From: Cetorhinus maximus
Lineage: Eukaryota
Direction: 5' to 3'
Length of the DNA: 64,000 nucleotides
NCBI RefSeq assembly: GCF_964194155.1
Contig: NC_135903.1
Coordinates: 2,914,001 to 2,978,000 of the forward strand
Both the position numbers and the translations under genes were made by a program. This document shows, one piece after another, positions 36,657 to 50,784 of the stretch. Positions within the stretch are counted from its first letter, which is position 1. The number at the start of each line of letters is the position of its first letter. Below the pieces are notes generated by a model. It was not told the DNA's origin. It was given only the letters and a program-made list of their open reading frames with translations, and did not search any database.

Positions 36657-39600
36657 CTGTGAAAGAAAGAAACTCTTATTAGTATCCATCCTATGGTAAA
36701 TTCTTTTTTAAAATTTATGTATATGGCCCCTGTGATCTGCGACTCAGAAATATTACGTAGAGTTGATACTTAGCACCAATCTTCCACCACTGCCAACTAC
36801 ACGCATAGCTATATAACCAGTAACAAAGACTAGCAAAACATCTCCCCCCGCCGCCCCCAACAACTGCTGGGCTACATAGCTAGGACAGAACATTAGAAAT
36901 CAGCAACTCTAGCAAAACATGAAAAAACATCCCACCATAGCATGGAAATTGGCACAGCAAACCTGTAAGCATATGGTTTGTGCAGTCAGCACAGGTTCTA
37001 TCCAAAAGTTCTTCATAACCCTGTAATTCACAGGTTCAGTAAATGATTCTAAGCAAATTACACGTCTGCCACAGAACAAAACCAACAGAACTGACTGCTG
37101 TGCTTATTGGCTTTCTGGGACGCACATCAAGTTCAATCTTGGAGTCAAAACCTGAAAGATTGACATTTCACAGAACCCTATACAGCATGAAATATCTCAA
37201 ACACTGATTCAAATCACATTTTAAACCATTACATTTAAATATATTATCCACATCTCATATTTAAATAAAGGTCAAAACTGACATTTACTGGGGAGGACTA
37301 CAATTTCTTATTCCCAACAAAAACTCCATAAGGTGACAGCTACCAAGCTAAAGCAACCTGACAATATAGGTCATCAAATTATACGGAATGAAAGATTAAA
37401 AGTTTTACCATGATTAAAATCGGAATTAAACATACCCAGTAGAATTCCAGCAGCCTGCACCTTCCTACATTCAATATATTTTGATAACTATAGTAACATC
37501 CAGCAAAACCTGTCCAAGCACAAATATTGCACTGGCCAAAAAATGTCACATTCATAACCTCACCATATAGATGCTGCAAGAAAAGGCACTTGCTATCCTA
37601 TATTACTATGAGTATTCACTAGAGCAAACTTTACTTTTTTTTAAAAGAGAAAAAAATTCCTGTTTTATCATTGGTAACAGGTCTCAAAAACATATTTTTT
37701 TTTGCTATGTAATCTGTAAAAGATTTACCTGCAGGATCTCAAAAATTACCATTCCTCTTGGATCCCTCACACATATAGAAATATGTTCCAGAGTCCCACG
37801 CAGTAGGAAATTCTTGCAGGTTCAATACAGGAGTCAAGAACTCAAGACATCAGCCATACAGCATTATTGTACACAATATATCTTTAAAATCTCCAAGCCA
37901 TACATTTTGCAATACAGGAAAGTCTCATGGATGTGTATACAAATTGGTTGGGGCAGGAGGTTTAGACGATTACAGTGAACCATACATATCAATTCACATA
38001 TCAGAAACAGCGAGATTTTCAGACCTTCTGGAAGAATCTAGCAGAGTAAACCTGTTGTATTGCTGGTTACACACACCTGTGTTCCATTATAAGTAGTGAT
38101 TTTACTGGTAAAAAATCTAGGCAGACTAGAACTGGTCTGAGTTAAGTAAAACGATGGATACTGTGTTTTTCCCTCATATTGAACTTGTCGGGGGAACTTC
38201 TGTTGCGGAACATCCTTTAACCACAATCTTCAAAGTTGTCCATCGATGATTCTAAATTTGACATTATAAGCAGCGTTCATAAAAGTCTCCAGTCCATAAA
38301 ACTAAAATGGACCTTCCTGCCAATATGGCAGAAACTGAAAATGTAATCATGTCCGATGAAAAACTGACCAGTGAATAGTTTGTTTCATAAAACACAGCTC
38401 CTAGCCCTATTAAATGACCATTCATCTCCCAGTGTTCTGTGGTTAGGGTTAATAATTCTGGTCTGTTGTGCACTCCAAATTGAAAACTCCTCGCGACATA
38501 AGCAGCAATGCTGTTTGGTTCTTAAACCAATGGTTTTCGAATTTCCAGCTTGACACTCTTTTAGCACACAAGAGTGAGATCTGTGTGAAAACAATGGATG
38601 TCTAGACAAATTAGCCAAAGACCGCAGAATCCTTCAGCCAACCAAAAGTGGGCAGAAGCAGTAAGGTTAGCAACTTGAGCTAACGTGGTGATGCCACAGT
38701 ATTAAAAAGTGGATGATTCCTGTTATCACATTAGCTTTTTAGTTGATCTTGCAGTCTTCTCCCCAAGTAGATCAGCTAAGCAAATCAGACTCAGTGATCC
38801 ACTGAGCCTTTTCATTCAAAACTCTAATGCCCGATCTTTAGAAGCAACAACCAGCTCTTTGTTATGAGCTGGGATAGCTTAGAAATAGTGGTCATCTTGT
38901 TTTAATCCAATGATTTCTACAATCACAAGAGGTACAAAGACAAGCAAGCAGCAACTGTAAGAGTAAGAGGGCGATCACCATAGGCACTTTTTAAAGGGCC
39001 TTCTTCCACATTACTGGGATTTGTCCTGTGTCCAAATTGTTATCAGCTGCATATATTTTCTACAGATGCAACAAATTACAAGTAAAAACAAATCATAGCA
39101 ACATGAAATATATACCATAAATACCTATTAAACAAGAAATCTCAGCATCAGTGACCTTTTTACCAGTTTTAAAAGTGTGTATCCTTTCTAGGGCTGCTGA
39201 CCTCCCAGTTCTACATAAAAAGTATCAGTGACAACTTTGCAGTGGGGTGGTATGCTATAGCCGAGAGTCTGGACAACTGAACAGAAACAAATCATTAATT
39301 TAACTCAAGATGGTATCACTGGAAATTATTTTATCTCCTTCGCACAAGGCAGACCCTCTGATGATGTCACTGGTGATTAAAAATATTAAATCAAAAATAT
39401 AAAAGATCAAAAAGTTTGATGATATCATAATTTTGTAACTCTTACCCTTATCACTCGTACACCACTATTGAGCTTCCCTTAAGCCCTGCAGAGAATATAA
39501 CTGAAAAAAGCTAAAGTCTGGATCAGTTTGGCTGCACCCCCATGTAGCAGAAAATATGAAGTGAATTATTTTTATATGAATTTTTTTATTGTCATATTCA

Positions 39601-41139
39601 ATATGAGCCGAAATATTTTGATGCATGTGAATGCGCCATTGAAAGTCCTACTGTTTTACTCTGGAACTAAAATGAAAAGGGCTGAAATAAAAACAGAAAG
39701 TGCTGGAAATACACAGTAAGTCCATCAGCATTTGAAGTAAAAAGATAATTATTTCCGGTTGACAGCCTTTATAAAAACCAAAGAAAAGGGCAGTAAGCCC
39801 ATTTATACCTCTTTTGAACCAACCTCTTAGGTTGATCAAAAACAACATGGTTGACGAATTGAGATGATCTATACATATCATCCACACTTTTTCATTGCTT
39901 TGCAGCTTTTTAAGTATTATTAAACCATTAGCTGTTCTTTTATAGTTAGCTTGATTGCAACCCTTTAAATGTTGCTCATTCCTTTCCTTGGATTTGGTCA
40001 GACTTGTAAAAAGTTGTACTGGCTTTACTTTATCTATTCGTATGAAGGGCTCACTCTCAAATAATTAACCTATCTTTCCTCTTTTCAGGTGCAGATGGGA
40101 TAGTAGATTTTAACATTTTTTGTGTTTATTCTTACTGCCTTACACTGCATCCAACTGTTTCTTCCAAGCTTCAGTGCTTTTAATAGAAACAAACCCAGCA
40201 GGAAAATTATGTATTTCATATTTAAATGTCCAATGCACATCACCTCATTCATAGTCCATGTTAAAACACATCAATAGGCAACCAGAAATTATGTAGATAC
40301 ATCAATTTATGCAAATTAATGCATTTTAAAAGGCATTCACGTTAGATACGTACACTGCAATAAAATCAGTTTTCAGACCAATTAAACAGACAATGCAGAG
40401 GCCAATCTTACATCCACATGGAGCATTTGCAGAAATCTTCAGTTAAAAAATATTTACACTTAGAAGTGTGTGAAATACATTTCCAAAATACATCTTTTAA
40501 CAGCTCATGAACACATACAAGTAACCTTAATCTGTCAGTAACAAACAGGCACAAACTATTACAAATCTATTTATCATCCGATGCAACTTTGAACCAAACT
40601 AGCCAGGCATTTCCAAATCTCTTCTCAACGCTGCTCAATATTGCTATAAATATAACCAGAGATTGAACAATCTTTCCTCAAACCTAAGCCCAACAACACA
40701 TCCAAGATCAGCAAGACATCCACTGTGGAAGAAAAAAGTGCAGAGTTGACAAAACTCGGAACCCAAGTGCACAGCGTTAGACGCATTGCAATGGTGGGGG
40801 GGGGGGAAAAATCGAGGTGTGCAGCTAGCCCAGAATATGGACAGATTGTTATCTCGTATACAAACCTCAGCAACTTCGATCCAGCCCTCATGAGGCAAGG
40901 CTCAATGTATAACACACATCACTAACGGGCATCATACAATGAGGGCCAAACACAAGATTCACACACCAGCTCAGAGCTCTGACCTGTGTCGCTCTCCAGA
41001 GGACATCAAAAAGGGACTGAATTAAAGCCTCATTACTCACAGCCTGAAACCTCCCGAGCAACGTTATAATACCATCCAATTCACCCTAATCACTTAAACT
41101 AGTAATAATAAGCTGCATATTCTACATGGGCAACACACC

Positions 41140-41725
41140 GAGCGGCGCATTTAAAGCATTCACGTCTGCCGAAGGTCGGCCACTGTCCACAAACTGGACC
41201 CAGAGGCTGCAGGTCGGAGTCTGGATCCCCCTCCCTCGGCCTCCAGGCCCCGCTCGGGGGCCCCAGGCCCCGGCCCCCTTCCTTCCTTCCTCCATCCCGC
41301 CGCACACTGACTCCCCCCAACCGGGGACACTCACACACTCGGACTCGGCCTCGCGAGCCTGGACGCCGGATAAGTCCAAGATGCAACTGACGGACGGGGC
41401 GACTTCCACCTCCGACCGGGGCACTTCCTCATCCTCCTCATCCGTGTCCTGAGACGCCCGTCGCCGCCGCCTGTCCGCCATCTTGCCGTATGGATGCAAC
41501 CGGAAGGCCCCCTCGGCGCAGTGCGTGTCGGGAGCTGTAGGCAGGAAGTCCAGCCGCGAAGCCAGTGGGGAAACTACAATTCCCGGCAGACATGGGGGCA
41601 GCCAGTAACGCGCGCGCACACACTGGGGTGTGGTCAGTCCGGTAAAACGACAACTCCCAAAATGCCCGAGTCAGCCGGGATGATACTGCCCACCGCCCAG
41701 AGAATTCTGGGAATTGTAGTGTCAG
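41140..41725 (-). promoter_or_regulatory. CASC3: CASC3 CpG-island promoter with YY1, ETS and ZNF143(SBS)-type motifs
   Basis: CpG-rich. AAGATGGCGG over the ATG, CCGGAAG ~41500, ACTACAATTCCC 41573-41584, ACGACAACTCCCA ~41647, TGGGAATTGTAGT 41708-41720. Confidence 0.75.
41335..41481 (-). CDS. CASC3: CASC3 coding exon 1
   Basis: MADRRRRRASQDTDEED...EAESEC|GTGAGT; 147 nt. The spliced CDS totals 2151 nt (716 aa plus stop). Confidence 0.96.
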
Positions 41726-41804
41726 CAGAGTTTCAAAACTACAGTTCACAGAATCATTATTTATAGCACAAAGTAAACCATTCAGCCCATCATGTTTATG
41801 CTGG

Positions 41805-42985
41805 CACAAAAACAGAAAATGCTAGAAAACTCAGCAGGTCTAACAACATCTGTGGAGAGAGAAACGGAGTTAATGTTTCGACTCCATATGACTTCTTCAG
41901 AGCTAGAGAGAAGTAAAAATGTGATGAAATTTACACTGTTTAAGGGGGGGAGGGGGTGGTGAAGCAGGTGAAGCTAGATAGAAGGCCAGCGATTGGTGGA
42001 GGCAAAAGAGACATTGACAAAGATGTCATGAACAAAAGGACAAAGGGGTATTAATGGTAGTGGTGCTGGCTAAAGGAGGTGCTGATGGTGGCATTAAGGC
42101 CAGACAGCAGAATGTGGTAATAGCAGGACTATTTGGTCTACTGCATTCGCTGCTCCCAATGCGGTCTCCTCTACATTGGAGAGACCGAATGCAGACTGGG
42201 TGACTGCTTTGCAGACCTCCCTGTCGCTTGCCATTTCAACACTCCACCCTGCTCTCATGCCCACATGTCCATCCTTGGCTTGCTGCAATGTTCCAGTGAA
42301 GCTCAATGCAAACTGGAGGAACAGCACCTCATCTTCCGATTAGACATTTACAGCCTTCCGGACTTAACATTGAATTCAGCAACTTCAAACCATGAACTCA
42401 TTCCTCCATCCTCACCCTTTTTTTAATCCCCTTTTTTCAGTATTCAATTTTTATTTTTATTTTTTATCCACTTCACTTATTTTTATTTCTTTTCATTTTT
42501 ATTCATTGTTTTATCCCCACCTTTTATCCTATTTTCGATCTTTTTTCCCACCACTGTCCCCTCCCCCACCCCACCCCCGCTATGGCCATCTGTCACTTGT
42601 TCATGTTGTTCTTTCCAGAGTGCTTACCCTGGTCCTGCTATTACCACATTCTGCTTTCTGACCTTAAAGCCACCATCCGCACCTCCTTTAGCCAGTACCA
42701 CTACCATTAACACCCCTTTGTCCTTTTGTTCATGACATCTTTGTCAATCTCTCCTTTGCCTCCACCTTTCGCTGGCCTTCTATCCAGCTTCACCTGCTCC
42801 ACCCCCCACTTAAACAGTATAAATTTCATCACATTTTTACTACTCTTTAGCTCTGAAGAAGAGTCATGAGGACTCAAAATGTTAACTCCATTTTCTCTCC
42901 ACAGATGCTGTTAGACCTGCTGAGTCTTTCCAGCATTTTCTGCTCTTGTTTCAGATTTCCAGCATCCGCAGTATTTTGCTTTTAC
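41805..42985 (+). mobile_element. Penelope-like element: GIY-YIG C-terminal remnant flanked by inverted terminal copies
   Basis: VYCIRCSQCGLLYIGETECRLGDCF (GIY-YIG). 41805-42130 is the reverse complement of ~42630-42950. Confidence 0.88.
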
Positions 42986-44289
42986 CTTAATTTCTATGCT
43001 GGCTCTCTGAAGGAGCAATTCATCTAATGCCACTCCCACCTTCTCCCCATAACCCTGCACATTCTTCCTTTTCAGATAATAATCCAATTCGATGCCTCCA
43101 TTGAACCGGCCTCCACCACACTCTCAGGTATTCCACATCCCAACCGCTTGCTGCAGAGAAATCCAAAAATATCTTCGGTGATGTGGGATCATCCCACTTG
43201 ATCTCATGACCTCTGTGCTACTGATACACTGCTATAGCCACATATTTGGCAGGGTGCTTTAAAAATCTCTTTATCTTAAGTAAGGGACAATGATTAGTTC
43301 ATTTGTTTTCTGAGCACTTGAATGCCCTGCATGCAGGAAGAAAGGCATTTAACAAGGCTGAGGTTTCAGAGAAAATTCGGCAAGTCTTACAGCACCGCAA
43401 AAGGCCATCAGAAATAAATTTTAATCCAGGGACATGGCATATTACAAAAGAGAAGGGCAGAAAGAATGAATAGGCCAAAGTAAGGTTATATGCAGTAATG
43501 GAAGGCTGGTGTCCTTTTGCCTTTAAAAAAAAAACATAAGGAGATACCGGGCAGGGTTGCCCCAGCGCCATCAAACAAAAATACACCTTTTTTTAAAGTG
43601 GGACTCAACTAAAAAAAGAACTTTAGCATAATACAAAAGAAACTTATACAATTACATAATCATATCACCACACTCTAGTCCCTGTGGATGTGGAAGGCCC
43701 CAGATGTAGTCCAGGTCACTCTGTGTGCCCCTTCCCCAGGGCCACTGGGCTATCGCAAGGTCACAGACGAGCCCAAACACTGTTGCTAAGGGTGGGGCCA
43801 AGTTGAAGCTTTTCTTTATAGCCCATTCTTGGCTGGATTGTCAATCAATCCCAAATTGCCCTGAGAACAATTTTTAGTGATTGTTTTTACAACTGAGCAA
43901 TTTCTAAAGCCATTTCGGAGGGGATTAAAGCTGCCCAAGTCCTGGATATGTAGACAGACTTATTTCCCTGAATGATAATGTGGAACCAGTTGGATTTTAT
44001 TACAATCTAGCAGCATTTTCTGATGGCCTGTGATGGAGCTTAATCTCAGGGCCTCTGCGCTACGGATACACTGCCATAGCCACATATTTGGCAGGGAGCT
44101 TTGAAAATCTCTTTATCTTAGGCTTTATCTCAACAATATCCAGAACCATGCAGGTGTGAACTTGAGAGTGATAACCATAAAGATTTGCCAAACACATTTT
44201 ATAATATGCTTTAAGGATTTCCTTTTAACTCTTGTGAAAACATGTATATCTCACCAGGGAGAAATTGCCAATTCAGCATGAAATATTAA

Positions 44290-44531
44290 TGTTGTAGGAT
44301 TGGATACCATTCAGTGGTCTTAATGAAGTCTTTGTAATCTTAAGTAAGTTAAGTGTATGTATTTATTAACTACAAGAACTATACACACACTAAAGGATTC
44401 AAGCTGGGAGCTGTCTCCATGATTGCTTCCGCACATGTTGGTGTGGGTCATGTGTTCACTTACATCACTGTATGGGCGGTACTGTACTCAGTCCCACATT
44501 AACCCTATGTGTGCCAGATCCTTAAACTACA
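44290..44531 (-). mobile_element. Probable small solo LTR
   Basis: TGTTGT...ACTACA termini; flanks ATTAA/ATTAC (5-bp TSD, 1 mismatch); AATAAA on minus near 44362. Confidence 0.45.
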
Positions 44532-45604
44532 ATTACCATACCTTTCGTATGCAGTAATCACACGCAAAAGACAAAATAAACAAACCCTGGTTACTTTAAT
44601 CACTCATGGTTTCCCTTTCCTTTTTATTTCTGAATTTCTAATACATAGCAGGGTGAGGCTCAGAAACAGAATATCTTGGCATATTGGTTGAATGGCAAAA
44701 CCTGCTGTTGATCATAGAAATATTCTGCAGTAATAGGCACAAATTAAGAAACAACTTGCTACCCTGTTGAGTCTCTTCAGGTGAAAGTGATAGCACTGGG
44801 AACCCACTAGTTTCACCAACCATGGTCGGATGTAACCCCAGAGATGTTATCACAAGATCTCCCACCTCCAACTGTCCCTCTCAGTCAAACATATTTTTTT
44901 CTTCTACCTCCAACAGTTATATAAGTGTTCAAAGAAAAATGGTAGAAGTCCACAAAATTATTTTAATGCCCCTGTGATTTTTTTCCTGAGTTGCTCGCTG
45001 AAATTTCCAGGTTAATCTTTAATTCCTGGACACTCCAGGACAACCTTGGAGGTTTGAAACCCCAGCGTTCACATGAACTCAAGCTTCAGGCTTCTCAAAC
45101 AGGTACAAGCCTCTAACAAAAAACATCATTAAAGTGATTTTTGACGCTACATCCTATTGTGTAAGGGAGGTTAATAATTTCCTCATTAATTAGTTTTCAA
45201 TGTGCTTGTGTTTCAAACATTATTTCCAATGTTAGATCTCCTAGTGGAGGAAGCAAGATGACTCCATAATGATGTTTTCAGAGCAATTACATTGCTTTCT
45301 TTTGTTCATAGATTTTAGTGATTGGTCATATTTCATTTATTGTTTTCATATGTCCTTAGTCATTCCTCACGGCAGCTCCTCTATCTACATTGCTCATATT
45401 TGACTCAAATATTCTCCACATCTTCAGTTGTGGCTTGTGGTATTTTATTCAACATGGTATGAGCTGCATGAAATATTCATAAATGTAGTTGTGGCGCCCA
45501 CAGTTTGACATAGAAGATATAGCATCTCAACTGTGATGGACCAATCGCACATTAGATGCAACATCTTGAAACCAAAAATATAATAATGAATACTCAACAA
45601 CTCA

Positions 45605-46100
45605 ACTATTGCTTGACCAACCTTATTGAGTTCTTTGAAGTAGTAACAAAGTGGGTTTTTATAAGGGTAATGTGGTAGATGTAATATATGTAGCTTTCCA
45701 AAAGGTCTTCATATGGTATAGTATGAAAACTAATGAATAATGTCAGAGCATGCAGGGTCAGTGGACATGTAACAAGAAGGATAGCTGGCTGCAAGACAGG
45801 AAGCAGAGAGTAGTGTAAATGGTAGCTATACAGAGTGGCAGAAATGGGAAGTGGGGTCCCACAGGATCACTGAAGGGGCCACTGTCACTCACAATTTCTA
45901 AATTTCTCAAGTAAGGAGACCAAAACTGTACACACTACTCCAGATGTGGTCTCACCAAAGCCCTATACAATTGTAGCAAAACTTCCCTACTTTTATATTC
46001 CATTCCTCTTGCAATAAACAACAACATTCCATTTGTCTTCATCATTTGTATTTGCAGACTAACTTTTTTTGATTCATGTACCAGGACACCCAGATCCCTC
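45605..46100. mobile_element. CR1 RT fragments in opposite orientations (~45605-45895 plus, ~45905-46100 minus)
   Basis: TGCTTGACCAACCTTATTGAGTTCTTTGAAG and GGGGTCCCACAGGATCA motifs, followed by minus-strand text similar to 47590-47780. Confidence 0.6.
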
Positions 46101-47079
46101 CCTACCACAGAATGGCAGCTGAGATTATGCGGTCAAATCCTGGAGTAGGAACCGAACCCACAACCTTCTACATCAGTGACTTGAATGCTAACAACTGGAC
46201 CAAGCTGAACTGATTTAAAACTGTAGCCTGTTTGGAGATGGTGCTTGGGCTGGAGGGGCAAAGAAAAAATGGAGAAATTTGGCATAGTTAGTAAAAGGGG
46301 TAATTGACCTTCCATGGCTTTACCAACAGAAAGTCAGGTCAAAGTGCAGTAGTGACGCTTTAGCTATTATATGGAGATCTGCAGCTTCTCGAATTTTGGA
46401 ATCTTCATTTCATGGCAAAAATGCACACCCGGTGACATGACTGTGAGAAGCCCAAATAACAAGGGTGCAGCATAGTGTGGAAATTTAATATATTATAAAC
46501 AGTAAGCAAATTACTTTTGAAAACTGAAAGTAAAAGGGATTACATTTCTTCTGTAAACAACCTCATCAGAAAAAGTCACCTAGCCATTTTGTACTCAATT
46601 TATTTTAGTCAATTTTTTGCATCCCTGAAGTTTTTAATTCTGGTGATTCCCCACAATGATAACAGGATGCACCAAGACATACCACAACACACTTTGAGCT
46701 GTAACTGGCTGTTTCACTGTCAGAAATAGCGGTTTCAGAGACACCAACATGAAACCACCTGCAAGTTAATTTCAACCAGTTAACACCATTAAGAGAGCTG
46801 AGTGACTCAGACTTACTCTGTGAGGTAAAGTGATAAGAAATTAACTAGTGCAAATACATCCATATCCTGCATTCACACACATGGGCATGAGTTTAATGTA
46901 GTGTTTGCAACAACAACTTTGATTTATATGGTGCCTTTGGTGATAAAATGGCCCAAGGTGCATCACAGGAGCATTATAAAACTTGCACTTATTTAGCACC
47001 TTTGACATAATAAAACATACCAAGGTGCTTCACATGGGCACTATAAAACAAAATGTGACACCGAACATGTAAGGAGATA

Positions 47080-49020
47080 AGAACATAAGTAATAGGAGCA
47101 GGCATAGACCATATGGCCCCTCAAGCCTGCTCACCATTCAATATATCACTGATGTGACTGATCTTCCACCTCAACTTCACTCTCCCAACAGCTCCCATAT
47201 CCCATGATTCCCTGAGCCACCAAAAATCTGCCTATCTCATCCCTCAATATACTTAATGATAGCGCATCCAAAACCCTCTGGAGAAGAAAATTCCAAAGAT
47301 TCACAACTCTCCGAATGAAATTTCTCCTCACCTCAGCCCTAAATGATTGACCTCTTAAGAATCGAGATTGCTCCCTGCTGTTCAAGATTCCCCAAGCAGG
47401 GGAAACAACCTCTCCGTCTACCCTGGCGAGTCCTTTAGAATCTTATGCATTTCAATGAGATCACATCTTTCGTCTAAGCTCCAGAGAGTACTGACCCAAT
47501 TTAGTCCGCCGCTCATCATAGGAGAACCCTCGCATCCCAGGACCCAACCTGCGTTGTAACTCCTCCAATGTGAGTATATCCTTGCCTAAATATGGAGACC
47601 AAACCTGCTCACAATACTCCTGGTGTGGTCTCGCCAAAGCCCTATACAATTTAGCAAGACATCCCTGTTCTTGTACTCTAATACCCTTGCAATAAAGGCC
47701 AACATACTGCCTTCCTGACTGTTTGCTGTACCTGCATGCTACTTTCGTTTTCCCTGTACAAGTACATTCCAGTCTCCCTGAACATCAACATTTAGAAGTT
47801 TCACGGCTTTTAAAAAAATATTCTGCTTTTCTATTCTTACTACCAAAATGAATAACCCACACCTCCCCACGTTATATTCCATCCAACATTGTTGTCTGCT
47901 CACTTAAGTTGCCTATATCTCTTTGCAGCCTTTTATTGTTCTCATCACAGCTTAGATTCCCACCTAACTTTGTTTCATTAGCAAACTTGGATACATTGCT
48001 TTTGGTCTCATCATCAAAGTCACATACAGGTTTTAAATAGCTGAGGCCCCAGCACTGATCCTTGCGGCATGCAACTACAGCCTGCCAATACTATTTTTAA
48101 TTATTTGCTCTTGGGATGTGAGCATCGCTGGCTAGGGCGGCATTTCTTGCCGATCCCTAATTATCCTCAAGCAGGAGGTGGTGAGCCACCTTCTTGAACC
48201 ACTGCAGTCCTGGTGTCAGTACATCTACAATGCACTTAGGAAGGGAATTGCAGGTTTTTGACCCAGCGGCCATGAAGTAATGGCGACATAGTTCCAAGTC
48301 AGGATGGTGTGTGGCTTGAAGTGGAACTTGCAGGTGCTGGTGTTCTCATGCGTCTGCTGCCCTTGTTTTTTTTTTATTCATTCATGGGATGTGGGCGTCG
48401 CTGACTAGGCCAGCATTTATTGCCCATCCCTAATTGCCCTTGAGAAGGTGGTGGTGAGCTGCCTTCTTGAACTGCTGCAGTCCATGTGGTGTATGTACAC
48501 CCACAGTGCTGTTAGGGAGGGAGTCCCAGGATTTTAACCCAGCGACAGTGAAGGAATGGCGATGTATTTCCAAGTCAGGATGGTGTGTGGTAGAGGTCAC
48601 GGGTTTTGAATGTGCTGTCGAAGGAAACTTAGTGAGTTGCTGCAATGCATCTTGTAGATGGTACCCATTGCTGCTACTGTGCATCAGTGGTGGAGGGAGT
48701 GAATGTTTAAGGTGGTGGATGAGGTAGCGGTCAGGTGGTTTGCTTTGTCCTGGATGGTGTCGAGCTTCTTGAGTGTTGTTGGAGTTGCACCCATCCAGGC
48801 AGGTGGAGAGTATTCCATCAAACTCCTGACTCGAAAATGTCCCATTTATCCTTATTCTCTGCTTTCTGTCTGCCATTCTATCCTCTATCAGTGCTAATAT
48901 ACTACTCCCAACTCTATGAGCCCTTGTCTTGCATATTAACTTTTGTGTGGCACCTTGTCGAATATCTTTTGGCAATCTGAGTGTACTATATCTACTGGCT
49001 CCTCTTTACCCCCCCTATTA
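47080..49020 (-). mobile_element. CR1 LINE (pieces 47080-48090, 48830-49020) interrupted by two tandem 3' ends of a second CR1-like family (48092-48830)
   Basis: LYRALARPHQEYCEQVWSPYLGKDI. The inserts match the reverse complement of 51450-51945. Confidence 0.75.
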
Positions 49021-49084
49021 GTTACATCCTCAAAAAATTAGGGCAGATGACCGAAAGCTTGGTCAAAGAGGCAGATTTTAAGGA

Positions 49085-49189
49085 AGAGCTCTGAAGAAGA
49101 GTCATACAGACTCAAAATGTTAACTCTGTTTCTCTCCACAGAAGCTGCCAGACCTGCTGAGTTTTTTCCAGCATTTTCTGTTTTTATTT
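49085..49189 (+). mobile_element. ~105-bp Penelope terminal mini-insertion within an L2 tail
   Basis: Flanked by CAGATTTTAAGGA at 49072-49084 and 49190-49202. It starts at the hammerhead-like motif. Confidence 0.7.
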
Positions 49190-50784
49190 CAGATTTTAAG
49201 GAGCTTCTGAAAGGGGGACAATGAGCTAGAGAGGTTTAGGGAGGAAATTCTGGAGTATAGGGCCTTGTCAGCTGAAGGCGCGTCCACCAATAGTGGAACA
49301 ATTAAAATCAGGGATGGTCAAAAGAATTAGGGGAGTGCAGATATCTCAGAGGGATGTAGCGCTGGACGAGATTACAGAGAGAGGGAGAGGTGAGGCCAAT
49401 TAGTTGCAAAGTTCAACAAGATTCAACATCACTAATATTTGGATGTTTAGCATGTCCAGAAAAACATGTAACTTCATTTCATGGTTCCAGTATGATTTGG
49501 TCTCAGCTTTCTCTTTGATGGAGAGAAATGATCAAAGGTATATAAGTGTTAGATGAGGCATTCCCCAACTTAGCCTAATTTGTTTCAAAGAATATGAATC
49601 ACCAGTAGCTTTATTTAATTTTGAAACTCAAAATAAATGAGTATGCAAGTAGAATAGAAATGAGGTGGCATAAAGTTTCTGACATGAGTGAACCCACTGG
49701 CTGCAAAGTGGCAGTTTCTGAAGATTCTGTTGCCAGCATTTCCACACTGCGTAATGGAGATTTTCCTGCTTCCACCCCTCTGTAGTGCAGTGACATCCAT
49801 TGCTAATCCGCAGATTGAAACATGTCTCTTTGTTTGCTTGCTGATAAATAGAGGAACATATTGTGCATTTAATCTCACCCTGCATTTCCTAGGCACCAGT
49901 GCTCGGATGACCCAGATGAGGTAGGCAACATGCGTTAAAGCTTCTCAGTCAGCAGGTTGGGACTTGTCATATTGGCAGTCCAATCGTCTGGGTCACAGAG
50001 AGCAAGTTCCAGACCTCTGCAGTGCCACGAGGAAGAACAAGTCAGGCACTATCTGACAGAGAAGTAGAATCGGGAACAACTTGTACTTATTAGCCTCTTT
50101 CACGCAACCAAACATTCCAAAGCACTTTACAAGCAAATGATGCAGCAAGCAATGACTACTCACATGACGTAAAAAAGTATCAGCCTCAGAGTGCGTGACA
50201 AAATGTCAGCCTAAGGCAATATTTAAGAAGTTTTTGACCTTTAGGAAAACAGAGTTCTCTGGAAGTGCTTTATAAGCATAGAACAGTAGCTGAGAGATAC
50301 TTTCAGAGCCATTGGTTGTAAATAAAAATCAGACGCAGAGAGCTGGAAGAGTGACTAGGTTTAGGCTTCAGCTGCGACAATAGCTTAGAAAGTGGCTGTG
50401 TTTAAGGATAAGCCTGAGACAGTAGAAGAGAATGGGTTCAGCCTGAGCAAGGAGAGACATGGAACATTACTTGAAGGGAAAAGTTTCTGGTGGGTGCTAA
50501 ATAGGAAGGCTTTGATCTTGTCAGTGTTTAGTTGAGGAAATTTCTGCTTAGGAACATTAGGAACAGGAGTAGGCCATTCAGCCACTCAAGCCTGTTCTGC
50601 CGTTCAGTCAGATTACAGCCAGTCTGCCTCTCAATTCTGTTTACCTGCCTTTGCCATTGCCTTTTATGGGAGGGAGTTCCAGGTTTGTATTTGTATGAAA
50701 ATGACAACTAGTTCTTTCGCTCCTCTTTCAGGTTCACTTCAAGCTGCTTCTAGATCCTGGCACCAGGTAGTCAACACACATTTT

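Noticed and set aside
40625-41809. Multiple ORFs around CASC3 exon 1, including a 47-aa upstream extension
   Set aside because: CpG-island artefacts. The conserved start is MADRRR at 41481, and the extension begins at a non-ATG codon within promoter motifs.
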